Shown: positions 1 through 11,259, counted from the stretch's first letter. The stretch is DNA of 64,000 nt from an uncultured Bacteroidota bacterium (GCA_963809695.1 CAWEKI010000001.1:21018-85017); one strand, 5' to 3'. Notes: a model not told the origin generated them from the sequence alone. Program-made: numbers and translations.

Positions 1-1168
1 GGATACGGCGTATGCAAGAACGGAGTGGGCTGCAAACTCGTACTATCAGCTGGGGCTGCTGTACGAGACCCGCGTCGGACTCTACGATTCGGCCCGGGTT
101 GCTTACAACAAGGGGAGGATGGAAGCTGGCCCGGCTTTGACCGTGACGCCATTGCTTGCCAAGCGCGCAGACTACATGAACAGGTATGCGGGCTTCGCTC
201 TTGAAATCCGGAACATGGACAGCCTGCGCACCTTCTGGCTCACGCCGCGCGATACCGCCATGGTCTCCGCGGACACCGTTGCGCAGGACACGGCCCGGGG
301 GAAAAAGGTGGCTGCGGCAGACAGCGGAAAGGCCAAGCTTCCCCCGCGGCCTCCGTTGCCCCTGGACAGCGTTCTCGTTCGCATGGCATCCGCCAAGAGC
401 GAGCTTGCAACCCTGTTCTACACAACCATCGGCAGGACAGACTCGGCACTGTTCTGGTATCACAAACTCATCCAGGATCACCCGCTGAGCCCGCTTGTGC
501 CTCGGGCATTGTTCAGCATAGCTCAGATCTACAGCCAGGATACAACCGTGGCGAGGCAGGGGGTGGATTCACTCTACCGCCAGCTGGTGGAGCAGTACCC
601 TCAATCGCTGTATGCCGCAGAGGCGCGGCGGTTGCTCGGCTTGCCGGCCGTAACGGTGTCCCCGGATACGGCAGAGACCCTCTATCATCAGGCCGAACAG
701 GCAATCCTTGCCGGGCGGAACGAACATGCAATCGATACCTTGAGGCTGATCGTTGAAGCGTACCCATCTTCCGTCTTCGCTCCGCGCGCAGAGTATGCCG
801 CGGGCTGGTTGTACGAGCAGGTGCTCGACCAGCCGGACAGTGCGATCGCAAACTACCAGCGGCTGAGGGCCAAATACCCTTCTTCGTTGTATGCGGCCCG
901 GGTGCAGCCGAAGCTCATCGAAGTGGAGATGAGGAACAAGGCAGCCGCAGCGGCGGCCGACTCTGCGGCTCAGAAACAAAATCCTGTTCCGGAGGTGACC
1001 CAAAAGAAGGCAATCGCTGACACCGTATCGCCCGTCCGGCAACCGATGCAGGAAACAGGCGGCGGCCCTGACTCAACGGTCGTCCCGACGAACCGTCCCC
1101 CGGACACGACGGATGCTCGCCGGGAATTGCCCCCTATCTCAAATCAGGAAGAGCAGAAAAAAGAATGA
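1..1168 (+). CDS. TPR-repeat protein (5' end outside window; frame is open from position 2, first in-window Met at 119)
   Basis: The frame-2 ORF has no stop from the window start. Repeated TPR-like LYxxxxxYxxLG / YPxSxxAxxA motifs are present. Low-complexity Pro/Thr-rich C-terminus. Confidence 0.55.
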   Translation, partial: DTAYARTEWAANSYYQLGLLYETRVGLYDSARVAYNKGRMEAGPALTVTPLLAKRADYMNRYAGFALEIRNMDSLRTFWLTPRDTAMVSADTVAQDTARGKKVAAADSGKAKLPPRPPLPLDSVLVRMASAKSELATLFYTTIGRTDSALFWYHKLIQDHPLSPLVPRALFSIAQIYSQDTTVARQGVDSLYRQLVEQYPQSLYAAEARRLLGLPAVTVSPDTAETLYHQAEQAILAGRNEHAIDTLRLIVEAYPSSVFAPRAEYAAGWLYEQVLDQPDSAIANYQRLRAKYPSSLYAARVQPKLIEVEMRNKAAAAAADSAAQKQNPVPEVTQKKAIADTVSPVRQPMQETGGGPDSTVVPTNRPPDTTDARRELPPISNQEEQKKE

Positions 1169-1932
1169 TCCAGGAGTGCTGCCCCGTCAGGGGAGTGCGT
1201 GAGGTCGCAGAGAACGTGTATGTGCTTGCGTTCCAATCTCCCTTGATTAGCAACGAGGTGCGGCCTGGGCAATTTCTCAACATCAAGGTGGTGGAAGGAT
1301 CAGAACCGCTTCTGCGGCGCCCGTTCAGCGTGTACAACGTCGATGGCGAGAATCTCGAGATCGTGTTCAACGTGATCGGGCGCGGGACCGCGGTGCTCCG
1401 GACGAAGCAGCCTCATGAGTGCATTGATGTCATCGGGCCGTTGGGAAGGCCGTTCTCGTTTGCGGGGGAGGATTTCGATACGGGGATCATGCTGGCCGGG
1501 GGGCTCGGTGTTGCACCGATACCTATGCTGACGCGGGGGCTTCGGAGAGCGGGCAAGGAGGTGGTGACCTTCCTCGGGGCGCGCACGCGCAAGGCGGTGA
1601 CGCCGTTCTACCTTGAAAACCTGCACATTGCCACCGACGATGGGAGCGAAGGGCATCACGGCACGGTCGTTGACCTTGCCCGTCGCACGCTCGGGCACAT
1701 GGCGCTCCGTCGGCCAAAACTTTTCGCCTGCGGACCGACAGCGATGCTCCGTGCGGTCGCGGCACTCGCGGAAGAAACCGGATTTCCCTGTGAGGTCTCC
1801 CTCGAAGGTCCCATGGCATGTGGTTTCGGCATCTGCCAGGGGTGCCCCGTGGAGCTGAACGGCCAGGAGAAGAAATACGCCCTCATGTGCAAGGATGGAC
1901 CGGTGTTCGACGTGCGTACTATACGACTCTGA
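1165..1932 (+). CDS. pyrK: dihydroorotate dehydrogenase (class 1B) electron-transfer subunit PyrK
   Basis: FAD/NAD ferredoxin-reductase-like fold. C-terminal 2Fe-2S motif MACGFGICQGCPV. Start overlaps upstream stop (ATGA). Directly followed by pyrD. Confidence 0.8.
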   Translation: MIQECCPVRGVREVAENVYVLAFQSPLISNEVRPGQFLNIKVVEGSEPLLRRPFSVYNVDGENLEIVFNVIGRGTAVLRTKQPHECIDVIGPLGRPFSFAGEDFDTGIMLAGGLGVAPIPMLTRGLRRAGKEVVTFLGARTRKAVTPFYLENLHIATDDGSEGHHGTVVDLARRTLGHMALRRPKLFACGPTAMLRAVAALAEETGFPCEVSLEGPMACGFGICQGCPVELNGQEKKYALMCKDGPVFDVRTIRL

Positions 1933-1934
1933 CC

Positions 1935-2879
1935 ATGGCTCATACAGCGTTCACACTCGCCGGCGTCCACTTCAAGAACCGCGTCCTCGTAGCCTCCGGC
2001 ACCTACGGCTACGGCGATGATTGTCTCGAGCTTGCAGACGTCAACAAGCTCGGAGCGATCGTCACCAAATCGCTTTCTCTGAAACCGCGCGACGGGAACC
2101 CTCCCACGAGAATTGTCGGGACGCCGAGCGGAATGCTGAACTCGATCGGTCTCGCCAACATCGGGGTGTCGAGGTTCATCCAGGAGAAACTCCCGTTCCT
2201 GCGGACGGTCGACACGACCGTCATCGTGAACATCGCAGCCGGAACGGTGGAAGAGTACTGTGCGGTGCTCGAGCTTCTGGAACAACAGGAGGGGGTCGAC
2301 GGGTATGAGATCAATGTCTCTTGCCCGAATGTGAGGGAAGGGGGATTGAGTTTCGGCACAAGCTGTCCAATGACCGCAGACATTACCAGGAGGCTCCGGC
2401 GGCTGACCACGAAGCCCTTGATCATCAAACTGACACCCAATGTCACGCACATCTCCGAGTTTGCCAGGGCGGTGGAGGGGGAAGGGGCGGATGCGGTGTC
2501 AGTCATCAACACCCTCATCGGCATGGCAGTCGACGTGAGATCACGGAAGCCGGTCCTCTCGACGGTGACTGGCGGGCTCTCCGGACCGGCGATCAAGCCG
2601 GTCGCCCTGGCCAAGGTGTACGAGGTGGTGCGCTCGGTGAAAATACCCGTGATCGGCATTGGAGGGATTTGCAGCACCACCGATGCGCTCGAGTTCCTGA
2701 TCACCGGGGCGACGGCCGTCCAGGTGGGAACTGCCAACTTTGTCGATCCTGCCGCGGGCATCAAGATCGCTGCGGGGATCGAGCAGTATTGTGACGAACA
2801 GCATATCGAGGATACGGCCAAGCTCGTAGGTTCTCTCGACGCGAAGGAGGGTGTTTCCGTGGTGGAGAGCTGGCTGTAG
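1935..2879 (+). CDS. pyrD: dihydroorotate dehydrogenase catalytic subunit PyrD (class 1B)
   Basis: N-terminus MAHTAFTLAGVHFKNRVLVASGTYGYG; NSIGLAN and IGIGGI motifs typical of class 1 DHODH. The ORF track extends it artificially upstream to 1818; ATG at 1935 lies right after the pyrK stop. Confidence 0.85.
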   Translation: MAHTAFTLAGVHFKNRVLVASGTYGYGDDCLELADVNKLGAIVTKSLSLKPRDGNPPTRIVGTPSGMLNSIGLANIGVSRFIQEKLPFLRTVDTTVIVNIAAGTVEEYCAVLELLEQQEGVDGYEINVSCPNVREGGLSFGTSCPMTADITRRLRRLTTKPLIIKLTPNVTHISEFARAVEGEGADAVSVINTLIGMAVDVRSRKPVLSTVTGGLSGPAIKPVALAKVYEVVRSVKIPVIGIGGICSTTDALEFLITGATAVQVGTANFVDPAAGIKIAAGIEQYCDEQHIEDTAKLVGSLDAKEGVSVVESWL

Positions 2880-3024
2880 GCTGACCTCCGGTGTATTCCC
2901 AATTCATTGGTTCCCAAATCTTCATTGACCGGTTCCTCGTTCGCGATTTGCTGTTCGAACAGCTCATGATCAACGGGAACTGCTAATGAGGATTTGGGAA
3001 CCATTGAATTAAGAACTAACACCC

Positions 3025-4335
3025 GTGGCCCCACAAATCAGAAACTCAAGAACTCTCTCCTACCTCTACTCCCTGCAGTGGCGCGGGATGAAGTTCGGGC
3101 TCCGCAACATCCGGGTGCTCATGAAATACGCCGGACATCCGGAGCGTCGCTTTCCCTCTATCCACATTGCAGGAACCAATGGCAAGGGCTCCACGGCTTC
3201 CTTCGTGGCTTCGATCGCCATGGAAGGAGGATACAAGACAGGGCTCTATACATCGCCGCATCTGCTCCATTTCACGGAGCGAATAAAAATCGATGGGGTG
3301 GAACTTTCTGAGAAAAGACTGGTTTATTATGTCGAGGCCCTCCGCCCAGCCATAGAAGCCTCCCGCGCTACATTTTTCGAGGCTACTACCGCGGTCGCGT
3401 TCCTCTATTTTGCGGATGAGGATGTGGATTTGGCCGTCATTGAAACAGGCCTGGGCGGGCGGTTCGATGCTACCAATATTATTGTGCCGCTTGTCAGTGT
3501 CATCACGAACGTCGCACTCGACCACACAGAACACCTTGGCAACACAATCCCGAAGATCGCACGAGAAAAAGGGGGAATTATTAAGGCGGGCGTCCCTGTT
3601 ATCACTGGTACAGGGGACCGGCAGGTACTCGATGTGTTTCGCAGGATTGCACGGCGGAAGAAAACGCACGCGTTTCACATTGACCACATCGCCAGAACGG
3701 AGCATGTTCCCGAAGTTCATGGAGGGCGCGGTGTTCGTCTGACCACAGGCTTGATGCGAGGCGAAAAAATTTTCCCGGGGTTGCCCGGTGAGCATCAGGT
3801 GACGAACGCCCGGGTGGCGGTTGCGGCGTGCGATCTGCTGCTGCGGACAACGAAGAAGAAGTTTTCCGGGATAACCCCGGGAGCCATCAAGCGGGGGCTT
3901 GCGCGGGTGGTCCGCAACACCGGGCTGCGCGGGAGGCTGGAGAAGGTGAACTGGCAAGGAAGGTATCTCCTCGATGTTGCCCACAACCCGGCAGGAATCC
4001 AAACCTTGATGCGGTCTCTCCCCCCGTCTGCCGGCAGGCCGGAGGTCGCCGTTTTCGGTGTCATGAAGGATAAGGACTACGGCAGGATGTTGGAAGCGCT
4101 CTCGGAGACAGTTCCAGCGATTGTGGCTGTTGCGCCGAAGATCGGACGGGCTCTATCGGTTTCATTGTTGTTACGGGAGGCAAGAAAAACGGGCACGAAG
4201 GTGAGGCGTGGCGGAAGTGTCGATGCCGGCCTGAAAGCGGCCCGTCGCATCGCCGGCCGTACCGGGACGGTTCTGGTAACCGGATCGCATTATGTGGTCG
4301 CGGAAGCGCTGGAACTGATGCAAAAGAGAACTTGA
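3025..4335 (+). CDS. folC: bifunctional folylpolyglutamate synthase / dihydrofolate synthase FolC
   Basis: P-loop HIAGTNGKGST; Mur ligase family architecture. N-terminus LSYLYSL resembles the E. coli FolC N-terminus (WLSYLENL). Confidence 0.8.
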   Translation: MAPQIRNSRTLSYLYSLQWRGMKFGLRNIRVLMKYAGHPERRFPSIHIAGTNGKGSTASFVASIAMEGGYKTGLYTSPHLLHFTERIKIDGVELSEKRLVYYVEALRPAIEASRATFFEATTAVAFLYFADEDVDLAVIETGLGGRFDATNIIVPLVSVITNVALDHTEHLGNTIPKIAREKGGIIKAGVPVITGTGDRQVLDVFRRIARRKKTHAFHIDHIARTEHVPEVHGGRGVRLTTGLMRGEKIFPGLPGEHQVTNARVAVAACDLLLRTTKKKFSGITPGAIKRGLARVVRNTGLRGRLEKVNWQGRYLLDVAHNPAGIQTLMRSLPPSAGRPEVAVFGVMKDKDYGRMLEALSETVPAIVAVAPKIGRALSVSLLLREARKTGTKVRRGGSVDAGLKAARRIAGRTGTVLVTGSHYVVAEALELMQKRT

Positions 4336-4565
4336 CAATACTCAAGATTTGGAGTATATTGGGGAGGCTAATCCTGGCATATTTAGCCGGCAAATCTCTA
4401 CCGAAGTACCACCTGTTCGAGACTCATCGAAAAATCTCGGGTACCACCCAACCAACACTTCTTAGCTCGTCTCCATCGCCTTTGTCCGGCCTTTATCCTT
4501 AAGCCCCTGGCGATCAGGAGCCGTTTAAAGATGTCATTTTTCCCACGTTGAAAGGTTTTTCATCA

Positions 4566-5819
4566 ATGGCGATGGACATTGCAGAGCTCAAGTCCAAAAA
4601 GATTGCAGAGCTCAACCAAATAGCCAAGGATTTGAACATCTCCGGTTACAGCGACCTGCGAAAGCAGGAACTGATCTTCAAGATCCTTGAAGCTCAGACC
4701 GAGCAAGGAGGATTGACCTTCAGCCGCGGGGTGCTCGAAGTGCTTCCGGACGGCTATGGGTTCCTGCGCTCGGTAGATTACAATTATCTGCCCTCGCCCG
4801 ACGATATTTACGTTTCCCCGTCGCAGATCAAGAAATTCAATCTGCGGACAGGGGACACGGTGAGCGGACAGGTGCGACCCCCGAAGGAGGGGGAACGGTT
4901 CTTTGCGCTCCTGCGTGTGGAGGCGGTCAACGACGAGAACCCGGAAACCATCCGCGAGCGGGTGTTGTTCGACAACCTGACCCCGCTCTATCCGAACGTT
5001 CCGTTGAAGCTGGAGACGGCGCCGGGCGAATATGCGATGCGGATCATGGATCTGCTCGCCCCCATTGGCAAGGGGCAGCGCGGCATGATCGTGTCGCCGC
5101 CAAAGGCAGGAAAGACCATCCTCCTCCAGAAGATCGCGAACAGCATCACGCGGAACCACCCGGAGGTGAAGCTCATCGTGCTCCTGATCGATGAGCGCCC
5201 CGAGGAGGTGACCGACATGGAGCGCTCGGTGAATGCCGAGGTGGTCAGCTCCACGTTCGACGAGCCGCCGGAGCGCCACGTGCAGGTCTCCGACATGGTG
5301 CTGGAGAAGGCGAAACGTCTTATTGAAGCAAAGAAGGACGTTGTGATCCTGCTGGACAGCATCACGCGTCTGGCCCGTGCACATAATACAGTGGTCCCGC
5401 ACTCCGGCAAGATCCTCTCGGGAGGCGTGGACGCCAACGCGCTGCACAAGCCGAAGCGCTTCTTTGGCGCGGCCCGGAACATCGAAGAGGGAGGAAGCCT
5501 GACGATCGTGGCGACAGCCCTTGTGGAGACCGGCAGCCGTATGGACGAAGTGATCTTCGAGGAGTTCAAGGGAACGGGCAACATGGAAATCATCCTCGAC
5601 CGGAAGCTGAGCGACAAGCGCATTTTCCCGGCGATGGATATCAACCGGTCCGGGACCCGCAAGGAGGAGCTGCTGATCGATGCCGACGACCTGAACCGCA
5701 TCTGGATCCTGCGGAAGCTGCTGTCGGAGTTCAACACCGTGGACGCGATGGAGTTCATGCTGGAGAAGATGCGCGGCACAAAATCGAACAAGGAATTCCT
5801 CAAGTCGATGTCGAGCTGA
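4566..5819 (+). CDS. rho: transcription termination factor Rho
   Basis: Near-colinear similarity to E. coli Rho: N-terminal domain [22 protein letters not shown]-binding [15 protein letters not shown], Walker [29 protein letters not shown] track starts at TTG 4548; first ATG is 4566. A 210-bp structured leader lies upstream. Confidence 0.9.
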   Translation: MAMDIAELKSKKIAELNQIAKDLNISGYSDLRKQELIFKILEAQTEQGGLTFSRGVLEVLPDGYGFLRSVDYNYLPSPDDIYVSPSQIKKFNLRTGDTVSGQVRPPKEGERFFALLRVEAVNDENPETIRERVLFDNLTPLYPNVPLKLETAPGEYAMRIMDLLAPIGKGQRGMIVSPPKAGKTILLQKIANSITRNHPEVKLIVLLIDERPEEVTDMERSVNAEVVSSTFDEPPERHVQVSDMVLEKAKRLIEAKKDVVILLDSITRLARAHNTVVPHSGKILSGGVDANALHKPKRFFGAARNIEEGGSLTIVATALVETGSRMDEVIFEEFKGTGNMEIILDRKLSDKRIFPAMDINRSGTRKEELLIDADDLNRIWILRKLLSEFNTVDAMEFMLEKMRGTKSNKEFLKSMSS

Positions 5820-5838
5820 TGCACACAGAGACCCGCGC

Positions 5839-7020
5839 ATGAATGATGTTGTCATAGCCAGTGGCTGCAGGACGCCGATCGGCAGTTTCCGCGGGGCCCT
5901 GAGTTCCATCCCGGCACCGCGCCTTGGTGCCCTTGTCATACAAGAGGCGCTTCGTCGGGCAAACGTCCCGCCGGAGCAAGTCGATGAAGTGATCATGGGC
6001 AATGTGATCTCCGCGGGCCTCGGGCAGGCTCCTGCCAGGCAGGCGGCGATCTTCGCGGGACTCCCGACCTCCGTGGAGTGCATGACCGTGAACAAGGTCT
6101 GCGGTTCGGGGCTGAAGGCGGTGATGCTTGCGGCGCAGGCGGTGGCGCTGGGAGACGCGGAGGTGGTGGTAGCCGGCGGCATGGAAAGCATGTCGAACGC
6201 TCCCTACCTGCTGGACAAGGCGCGCGAGGGGTACCGGATGGGCAACGGCGAGCTCCTTGATGCCTTGATCAAGGACGGCCTGCTCGATGTGTACAACAAC
6301 TACCTGATGGGCAACGCGGCCGAAGTCTGTGCCCGGGAGTGCCAGGTGCCGCGCGAGGCGCAGGATGACTTTGCGATCATGAGTTACACGCGCGCGCAGG
6401 CTGCCCAGCGTGAAGGAAGATTTCGCAAAGAGATTGTCGGCGTCGAGGTGCGGGGGCCGAAGGGAGATCCCGTGAGCGTGCTCGACGACGAAGACGTTAC
6501 CAGGACGAATTTCGAGAAAATCCCCAAGCTCAAACCGGCGTTCATCAAGGATGGAACGGTGACCGCCGCCAACGCATCCAAGGTCAGCGATGGCGCCGCA
6601 GCCCTCGTCGTCACCTCCGCGCAAAAAGCGCGCGCGCTTGGCTTGACGCCTCTCGCCCGAATTATCGCCTACTGCTCCCACGCAAAGGACCCCGTGCACT
6701 TCACCACCGCCCCGGCCGATGCGATCACGAAAGTGCTATCCCGCGCAGGCCTGGACCGAAAAGACATTGACCTCTTTGAGGTCAACGAAGCGTTCGCCGT
6801 GGTCGCCCTGGCCGTGAACAAGCTGGTCGGGCTGGACCCTGCCAACGTGAACGTGAACGGGGGCGCGATTGCGCTGGGGCATCCCCTTGGCGCCAGCGGC
6901 GCGAGGATTCTCGTGACGCTTCTTCACGCACTGGAGCAGCGGAATGTGCGGCGCGGCCTGGCAACCCTCTGCATCGGCGGCGGGGAAGCGAGTGCCATCA
7001 TCGTGGAGCGTTTGCACTAG
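5839..7020 (+). CDS. acetyl-CoA C-acetyltransferase (thiolase II)
   Basis: Thiolase signature [11 protein letters not shown] (active-site Cys). C-terminal [11 protein letters not shown]-like motif. Length 393 aa. Confidence 0.85.
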   Translation: MNDVVIASGCRTPIGSFRGALSSIPAPRLGALVIQEALRRANVPPEQVDEVIMGNVISAGLGQAPARQAAIFAGLPTSVECMTVNKVCGSGLKAVMLAAQAVALGDAEVVVAGGMESMSNAPYLLDKAREGYRMGNGELLDALIKDGLLDVYNNYLMGNAAEVCARECQVPREAQDDFAIMSYTRAQAAQREGRFRKEIVGVEVRGPKGDPVSVLDDEDVTRTNFEKIPKLKPAFIKDGTVTAANASKVSDGAAALVVTSAQKARALGLTPLARIIAYCSHAKDPVHFTTAPADAITKVLSRAGLDRKDIDLFEVNEAFAVVALAVNKLVGLDPANVNVNGGAIALGHPLGASGARILVTLLHALEQRNVRRGLATLCIGGGEASAIIVERLH

Positions 7021-7110
7021 ATGATGCAAGCTCTGTTCCCATGAATCGGGAGCCGGCGTGAATGTTCATTGAGGGATTTTCACCTTCATCCACAATGCGG
7101 GACTGCACCC

Positions 7111-7986
7111 GTGGAAATCAGGAACGTTACTGTCATTGGCGCAGGGACCATGGGGAACGGCATCGCCCACACCTTTGCGCAGAGCGGCTATGATGTGGTC
7201 CTGAACGATGTCTCGCATGAGGCCGCCGCAAAAGGGCTCGCAACGATCGGCGCAAACCTGGAGCGCCAGATCAAAAAGGGGGCGATCACCGGCGTTGAAA
7301 AGGATGCGGCGCTTGCCAGGATCAGCCTGAACCCCGACCTGGGGCGCGCCGCGGCTTCCGCCGATCTTGTTGTTGAGGCCGCGACGGAGAACCAGAAGAT
7401 CAAGAACGAGATCTTCCGGATCGTCGATGCCTCCTGCGCCGCACACACCATCATTGCCTCGAACACTTCCTCCATCTCCATCACTGAACTCGCTTCCACC
7501 ACCAGCCGCCCGGACAAGGTGATCGGCATGCACTTCATGAATCCGGTCCCGGTGATGAAGCTCGTGGAAATCGTCCGCGGACTCGCGACCTCGGATGAGA
7601 CCACTGCCGTTATCAGGGCGGTGTGCGAAAAGCTCGGGAAAGTCCCGGTCGAGGTCAACGATTATCCCGGATTCGTTTCCAACCGGATCCTGCTGCCCAT
7701 GCTGAACGAAGCGATGTACTGCGTCATGGAAGGCGTGGCCACGCCCGAGGCGATCGACCAGGTGATGAAACTCGGGATGAACCATCCCATGGGTCCGCTC
7801 ACCCTGGCGGATTTTATCGGGCTGGATGTCTGTCTCGCCATCATGGGCGTTCTCCATGATGGACTGGGCGATCCGAAGTATCGTCCCTGTCCGCTCCTGA
7901 AAAAGATGGTAGCCGCCGGATATCTTGGCCGGAAGTCTGGCAGAGGTTTCTACGATTACACTGACTCAAAAGCGGCACCACGATAG
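7111..7986 (+). CDS. hbd: 3-hydroxyacyl-CoA (3-hydroxybutyryl-CoA) dehydrogenase
   Basis: Rossmann [15 protein letters not shown]; 3HCDH N- and C-domains. ORF track starts at TTG 7069; GTG at 7111 gives the canonical (M)[12 protein letters not shown]-terminus. Confidence 0.8.
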   Translation: MEIRNVTVIGAGTMGNGIAHTFAQSGYDVVLNDVSHEAAAKGLATIGANLERQIKKGAITGVEKDAALARISLNPDLGRAAASADLVVEAATENQKIKNEIFRIVDASCAAHTIIASNTSSISITELASTTSRPDKVIGMHFMNPVPVMKLVEIVRGLATSDETTAVIRAVCEKLGKVPVEVNDYPGFVSNRILLPMLNEAMYCVMEGVATPEAIDQVMKLGMNHPMGPLTLADFIGLDVCLAIMGVLHDGLGDPKYRPCPLLKKMVAAGYLGRKSGRGFYDYTDSKAAPR

Positions 7987-8060
7987 CGGGTGCAACGCCC
8001 CCTGACACCGGCACTTACAGCCCAGATAGTTTTTCAGCACTTCCAGAGAAAGACCCGCGC

Positions 8061-9200
8061 ATGGAATTCAGCTTCTCGGAGACCCAACAGCTTATCCGCG
8101 ACACAGCGAGGAAATTTGCCGAAGAGCAGCTTGCTCCCGGGACCATTGAGCGGGACGAGAAAGAGGAATTCCCCTACGAGGCCGTCCAGGCAATGGGTGA
8201 ACTCGGCTTCATGGGCATGATGGTCCCCGAGCAATGGGGCGGTGCAGGCCTCGATACGACCAGCTACGTCCTGGCAATGGCGGAGATCTCCCGCGTCGAC
8301 GCGTCGTGCGGCGTCATCATGTCGGTGAACAACTCGCTCGTCTGCTACGGCATCAACCAGTATGGCACGGAAGATCAGAAGAAGCGCTACCTGTGGGACC
8401 TGGCATCCGGAAAAAAGCTCGGTGCGTTCGCGCTCTCCGAGCCGGAAGCCGGAAGCGATGCCTCCAACCAGAGGACGACCGCAGCTCGGGACGGCGATTT
8501 CTACGTGCTGAACGGGACCAAGAACTGGATCACGAACGGGTCGACGGCGGACCTGGTCCTCGTCATGGCCTCCACGGACCGCTCCAAAGAGGCAAAGGGG
8601 ATCAGCACGTTCATTGTGGAGAAAGGGACGCCCGGATTCAACGTTGCCAAGAAGGAGAGGAAGCTGGGTATCAGGAGCTCGGACACAGTGTCGCTCTCGT
8701 TCCAGGATTGCCGCGTTCCCGCGATCAACAGGATCGGGGCGGAAGGAGAGGGGTTCAGGTTTGCCATGAAGACCCTTGAAGGAGGGCGCATCGGGATTGC
8801 CGCGCAGGCATTGGGAATCGCGCAGGCATGCCTGGACGCATCCGTCCGTTATGCAAAAGAGCGAAAGGCGTTTGACCGGCCGATCGCCGAATTGCAGGCG
8901 ATCCAGTTCAAAATTGCTGACATGGCGACGAACGTCGACGCGGCACGGATGCTCACGCTGAAGGCGGCGACGTTGAAAGACGCCGGAAAACCGTTCGGGC
9001 GAGAGGCTGCCATGGCGAAATTGTTTGCCTCCAAGATTGCCGTGCAGGCGGCGCTCGAGGCGATCCAGATCCATGGTGGTTATGGCTATGTGCGCGAGTA
9101 CCTGGTCGAACGCTACCTGCGTGACGCGAAGATCACCGAGATCTACGAAGGGACGTCAGAGATTCAGAGGGTGGTGATCGCGCGATCCTTGCTTAAATGA
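8061..9200 (+). CDS. acyl-CoA dehydrogenase (short-chain / butyryl-CoA dehydrogenase-like)
   Basis: 379 aa. ACAD N/M/C domains and a YEGTSEIQR catalytic-Glu motif near the C-terminus. Confidence 0.85.
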   Translation: MEFSFSETQQLIRDTARKFAEEQLAPGTIERDEKEEFPYEAVQAMGELGFMGMMVPEQWGGAGLDTTSYVLAMAEISRVDASCGVIMSVNNSLVCYGINQYGTEDQKKRYLWDLASGKKLGAFALSEPEAGSDASNQRTTAARDGDFYVLNGTKNWITNGSTADLVLVMASTDRSKEAKGISTFIVEKGTPGFNVAKKERKLGIRSSDTVSLSFQDCRVPAINRIGAEGEGFRFAMKTLEGGRIGIAAQALGIAQACLDASVRYAKERKAFDRPIAELQAIQFKIADMATNVDAARMLTLKAATLKDAGKPFGREAAMAKLFASKIAVQAALEAIQIHGGYGYVREYLVERYLRDAKITEIYEGTSEIQRVVIARSLLK

Positions 9201-9265
9201 GTCCGCTTTCATAGATTGGCTACTGCCGTTTCAAAAAACCATATGATCATTAGGAGGAGGTCCTG

Positions 9266-9805
9266 ATGAAACAATTGCTGATTGCACTTGTCTTTCTGCT
9301 TCTCGCGTGCGGTATCCTGACCAACAGTGCCCAGTCCCAGACGCGCTGGATTGTTGGAGGAAGGCTTGGCATGTCACTCTATACCGTCAGCAGCTCGGCC
9401 CCGAACTATTATTATTACTATTATGGCACACCAACATCCACCTCGACGACTTCGGCGGGCCTTCAGATCGGACCGATGGGCGAAGTGATATTTGACAAGA
9501 AGTATGCGATCGGAACGGAATTCAACATCAACACGCAGGCAGGGACCCCGATCCAATGGGCGAGCTACTTCAAAATGTACTTCAACATTTCCGGATCGAC
9601 TATCAAGCCGTATGCGGATGCCGGGTTCTCCCTGTTTTTCGTTACCGGCGGGCCCTATTTCGGCATTCAAGCCGGCGGCGGCGCGATGTTTGAGATCACC
9701 AAGAACCTGTACATCCCGGCCGACATCGAGCTCGGCCCGGTGTTCCTGACAGGGACGACCGGATTCTATCTTGCGGTGACGAGCGGCATCCGCTACATAA
9801 TTTGA
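9266..9805 (+). CDS. small outer-membrane beta-barrel protein (paralog 1 of 4)
   Basis: Signal peptide MKQLLIALVFLLLACG; alternating hydrophobic beta-strand pattern; aromatic C-terminal residues. Poly-Tyr/Ser/Thr loop (YYYYYYGTPTSTSTTS). Confidence 0.5.
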   Translation: MKQLLIALVFLLLACGILTNSAQSQTRWIVGGRLGMSLYTVSSSAPNYYYYYYGTPTSTSTTSAGLQIGPMGEVIFDKKYAIGTEFNINTQAGTPIQWASYFKMYFNISGSTIKPYADAGFSLFFVTGGPYFGIQAGGGAMFEITKNLYIPADIELGPVFLTGTTGFYLAVTSGIRYII

Positions 9806-9854
9806 GCTGCAAATTAGTCCTCAGGGTAAAACGAATTCACATAAAGGAGTACGT

Positions 9855-10556
9855 ATGAAACGTGTTGCAACTGCATGTCTCGTCTCCCTCTTATTGCTAC
9901 TCGTTGCCAGCCAGGGAGCCGATTCGCAAATGCGGTTCGGCGTCGGACTCCGGACCGGAATGAACTTTGCCAGCATGTCCTTTGACCCCGAGTTGTTTGC
10001 GGGCAACACTCAGATCACACAGGGGGGGCGGACGTTGTTCATGGTAGGTGCAGCGGGAGAGATGTTCTTTACCAGTATGTTTGGGGCGGAGATAGACTTC
10101 CTGTACGTGGGAAAAGGAGCGGAGTTCACGCGAAGCACGGACCAGGCAAGCCAGACGATCAAACTGAGCGAGCTTGAGATCCCCATTCTCTTCAAAGCGA
10201 AATTCCTCACCGGGAAAATTCATCCCTACGGATTTGTCGGTCCAAGCATCGGAATCGTGACCAGCGCGAGTGCCGTGACCGAGATCCCGGGACAGCCTGT
10301 TCAAGATATCGACCTGAAGAGCAACCCGGGCGGAACTCAGGTCAGCGGCATGGACTTCTCGCTCCAATTCGGCGGCGGCGCTGAGTACCTTGTGACGCGC
10401 GAGATCGGTCTCTTCCTGGACCTCCGCTATGTCCTTGGCTTGAGCAACATCTATGACACCTCCCAGCAACAACAGATCCCCGGGCAGCAGACCGTTACGC
10501 AAACGTGGCACACGAGAGGGTTCATGATCCAGCTCGGGGGGATGTACCACATTTAG
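9855..10556 (+). CDS. small outer-membrane beta-barrel protein (paralog 2)
   Basis: Signal peptide; amphipathic beta strands; ends ...QLGGMYHI. Terminator hairpin follows. Confidence 0.5.
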   Translation: MKRVATACLVSLLLLLVASQGADSQMRFGVGLRTGMNFASMSFDPELFAGNTQITQGGRTLFMVGAAGEMFFTSMFGAEIDFLYVGKGAEFTRSTDQASQTIKLSELEIPILFKAKFLTGKIHPYGFVGPSIGIVTSASAVTEIPGQPVQDIDLKSNPGGTQVSGMDFSLQFGGGAEYLVTREIGLFLDLRYVLGLSNIYDTSQQQQIPGQQTVTQTWHTRGFMIQLGGMYHI

Positions 10557-10600
10557 TATCGCTTCAAGTATGCTGTCGCTAATGGGCAGCGAGATCTTCA

Positions 10601-10640
10601 AAGGGAACCCGTAGGTTCCCTTTGTTGTCATCGGGTTTTT
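10601..10640 (+). terminator. rho-independent terminator after OMP paralog 2
   Basis: aagggaacc-cgta-ggttccctt hairpin followed by a T-rich run. Confidence 0.55.
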
Positions 10641-10671
10641 GATTGTATAGGTGTGACTTCAATATCACAAG

Positions 10672-11259
10672 ATGGAGGAAACTATGAAGCAACTATTGCT
10701 TCTCCTATTCCTGCCGGCAGTCTGTATGGCTCAGTCAACGTACGGGACAGGCAAAAACACCGCTGGTCGGTTCTCTCTGGGCGCAGGCGTGGATTTTGTC
10801 CTGCCCGTCACTACAGGGTTCAAAGACGCGTATAGCATCGGGTTTGGCGGGACCGTGAGGGGCGAATACGCCTTCACCAATGATCTCTCGGGCATGCTGA
10901 CCGCAGGGTACATCACGTTCACCGGGAAGGACCTTGGGAACGGGATCACACTGGATAATGGCTCAATGATCCCTGTGGTCGCAGGCGTGAAGTATTACTT
11001 CGTGCCGGGTACTCTGCGGTTTTACGGAGCATTTGATCTGGGAATCACTTCCTTTACGACATCTACTGCACCTGTCAACATTCCTGGCGTGAGTACGGGA
11101 TCGGTGTCTGCAACGGCCTCGGAGTTCACCTGGGAGCCACAGCTGGGTGTCCTGGGCTACTTCTCCAACACTGCAGCATTCGACCTGAGTGTGCGTTGGA
11201 TCGGTATTTCGGATGCGAATTCCCTTGGAATTCGTTTTGGCGTCCTTTTTGATCTCTGA
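10672..11259 (+). CDS. small outer-membrane beta-barrel protein (paralog 3)
   Basis: Signal peptide MKQLLLLLFLPAVCMAQ; beta-strand periodicity; C-terminal FGVLFDL. Confidence 0.5.
   Translation: MEETMKQLLLLLFLPAVCMAQSTYGTGKNTAGRFSLGAGVDFVLPVTTGFKDAYSIGFGGTVRGEYAFTNDLSGMLTAGYITFTGKDLGNGITLDNGSMIPVVAGVKYYFVPGTLRFYGAFDLGITSFTTSTAPVNIPGVSTGSVSATASEFTWEPQLGVLGYFSNTAAFDLSVRWIGISDANSLGIRFGVLFDL

Noticed and set aside
4563-6191. 542-aa minus-strand ORF antisense to rho/thiolase (and similar long antisense ORFs at 14956-16824, 18232-19608, 19660-20487, 2009-3034, 3046-4002, 7066-7857, 8034-9074)
   Set aside because: Arg/Ala/Pro-rich low-complexity translations typical of spurious antisense ORFs in high-GC DNA. 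The sense strand carries strongly supported genes.
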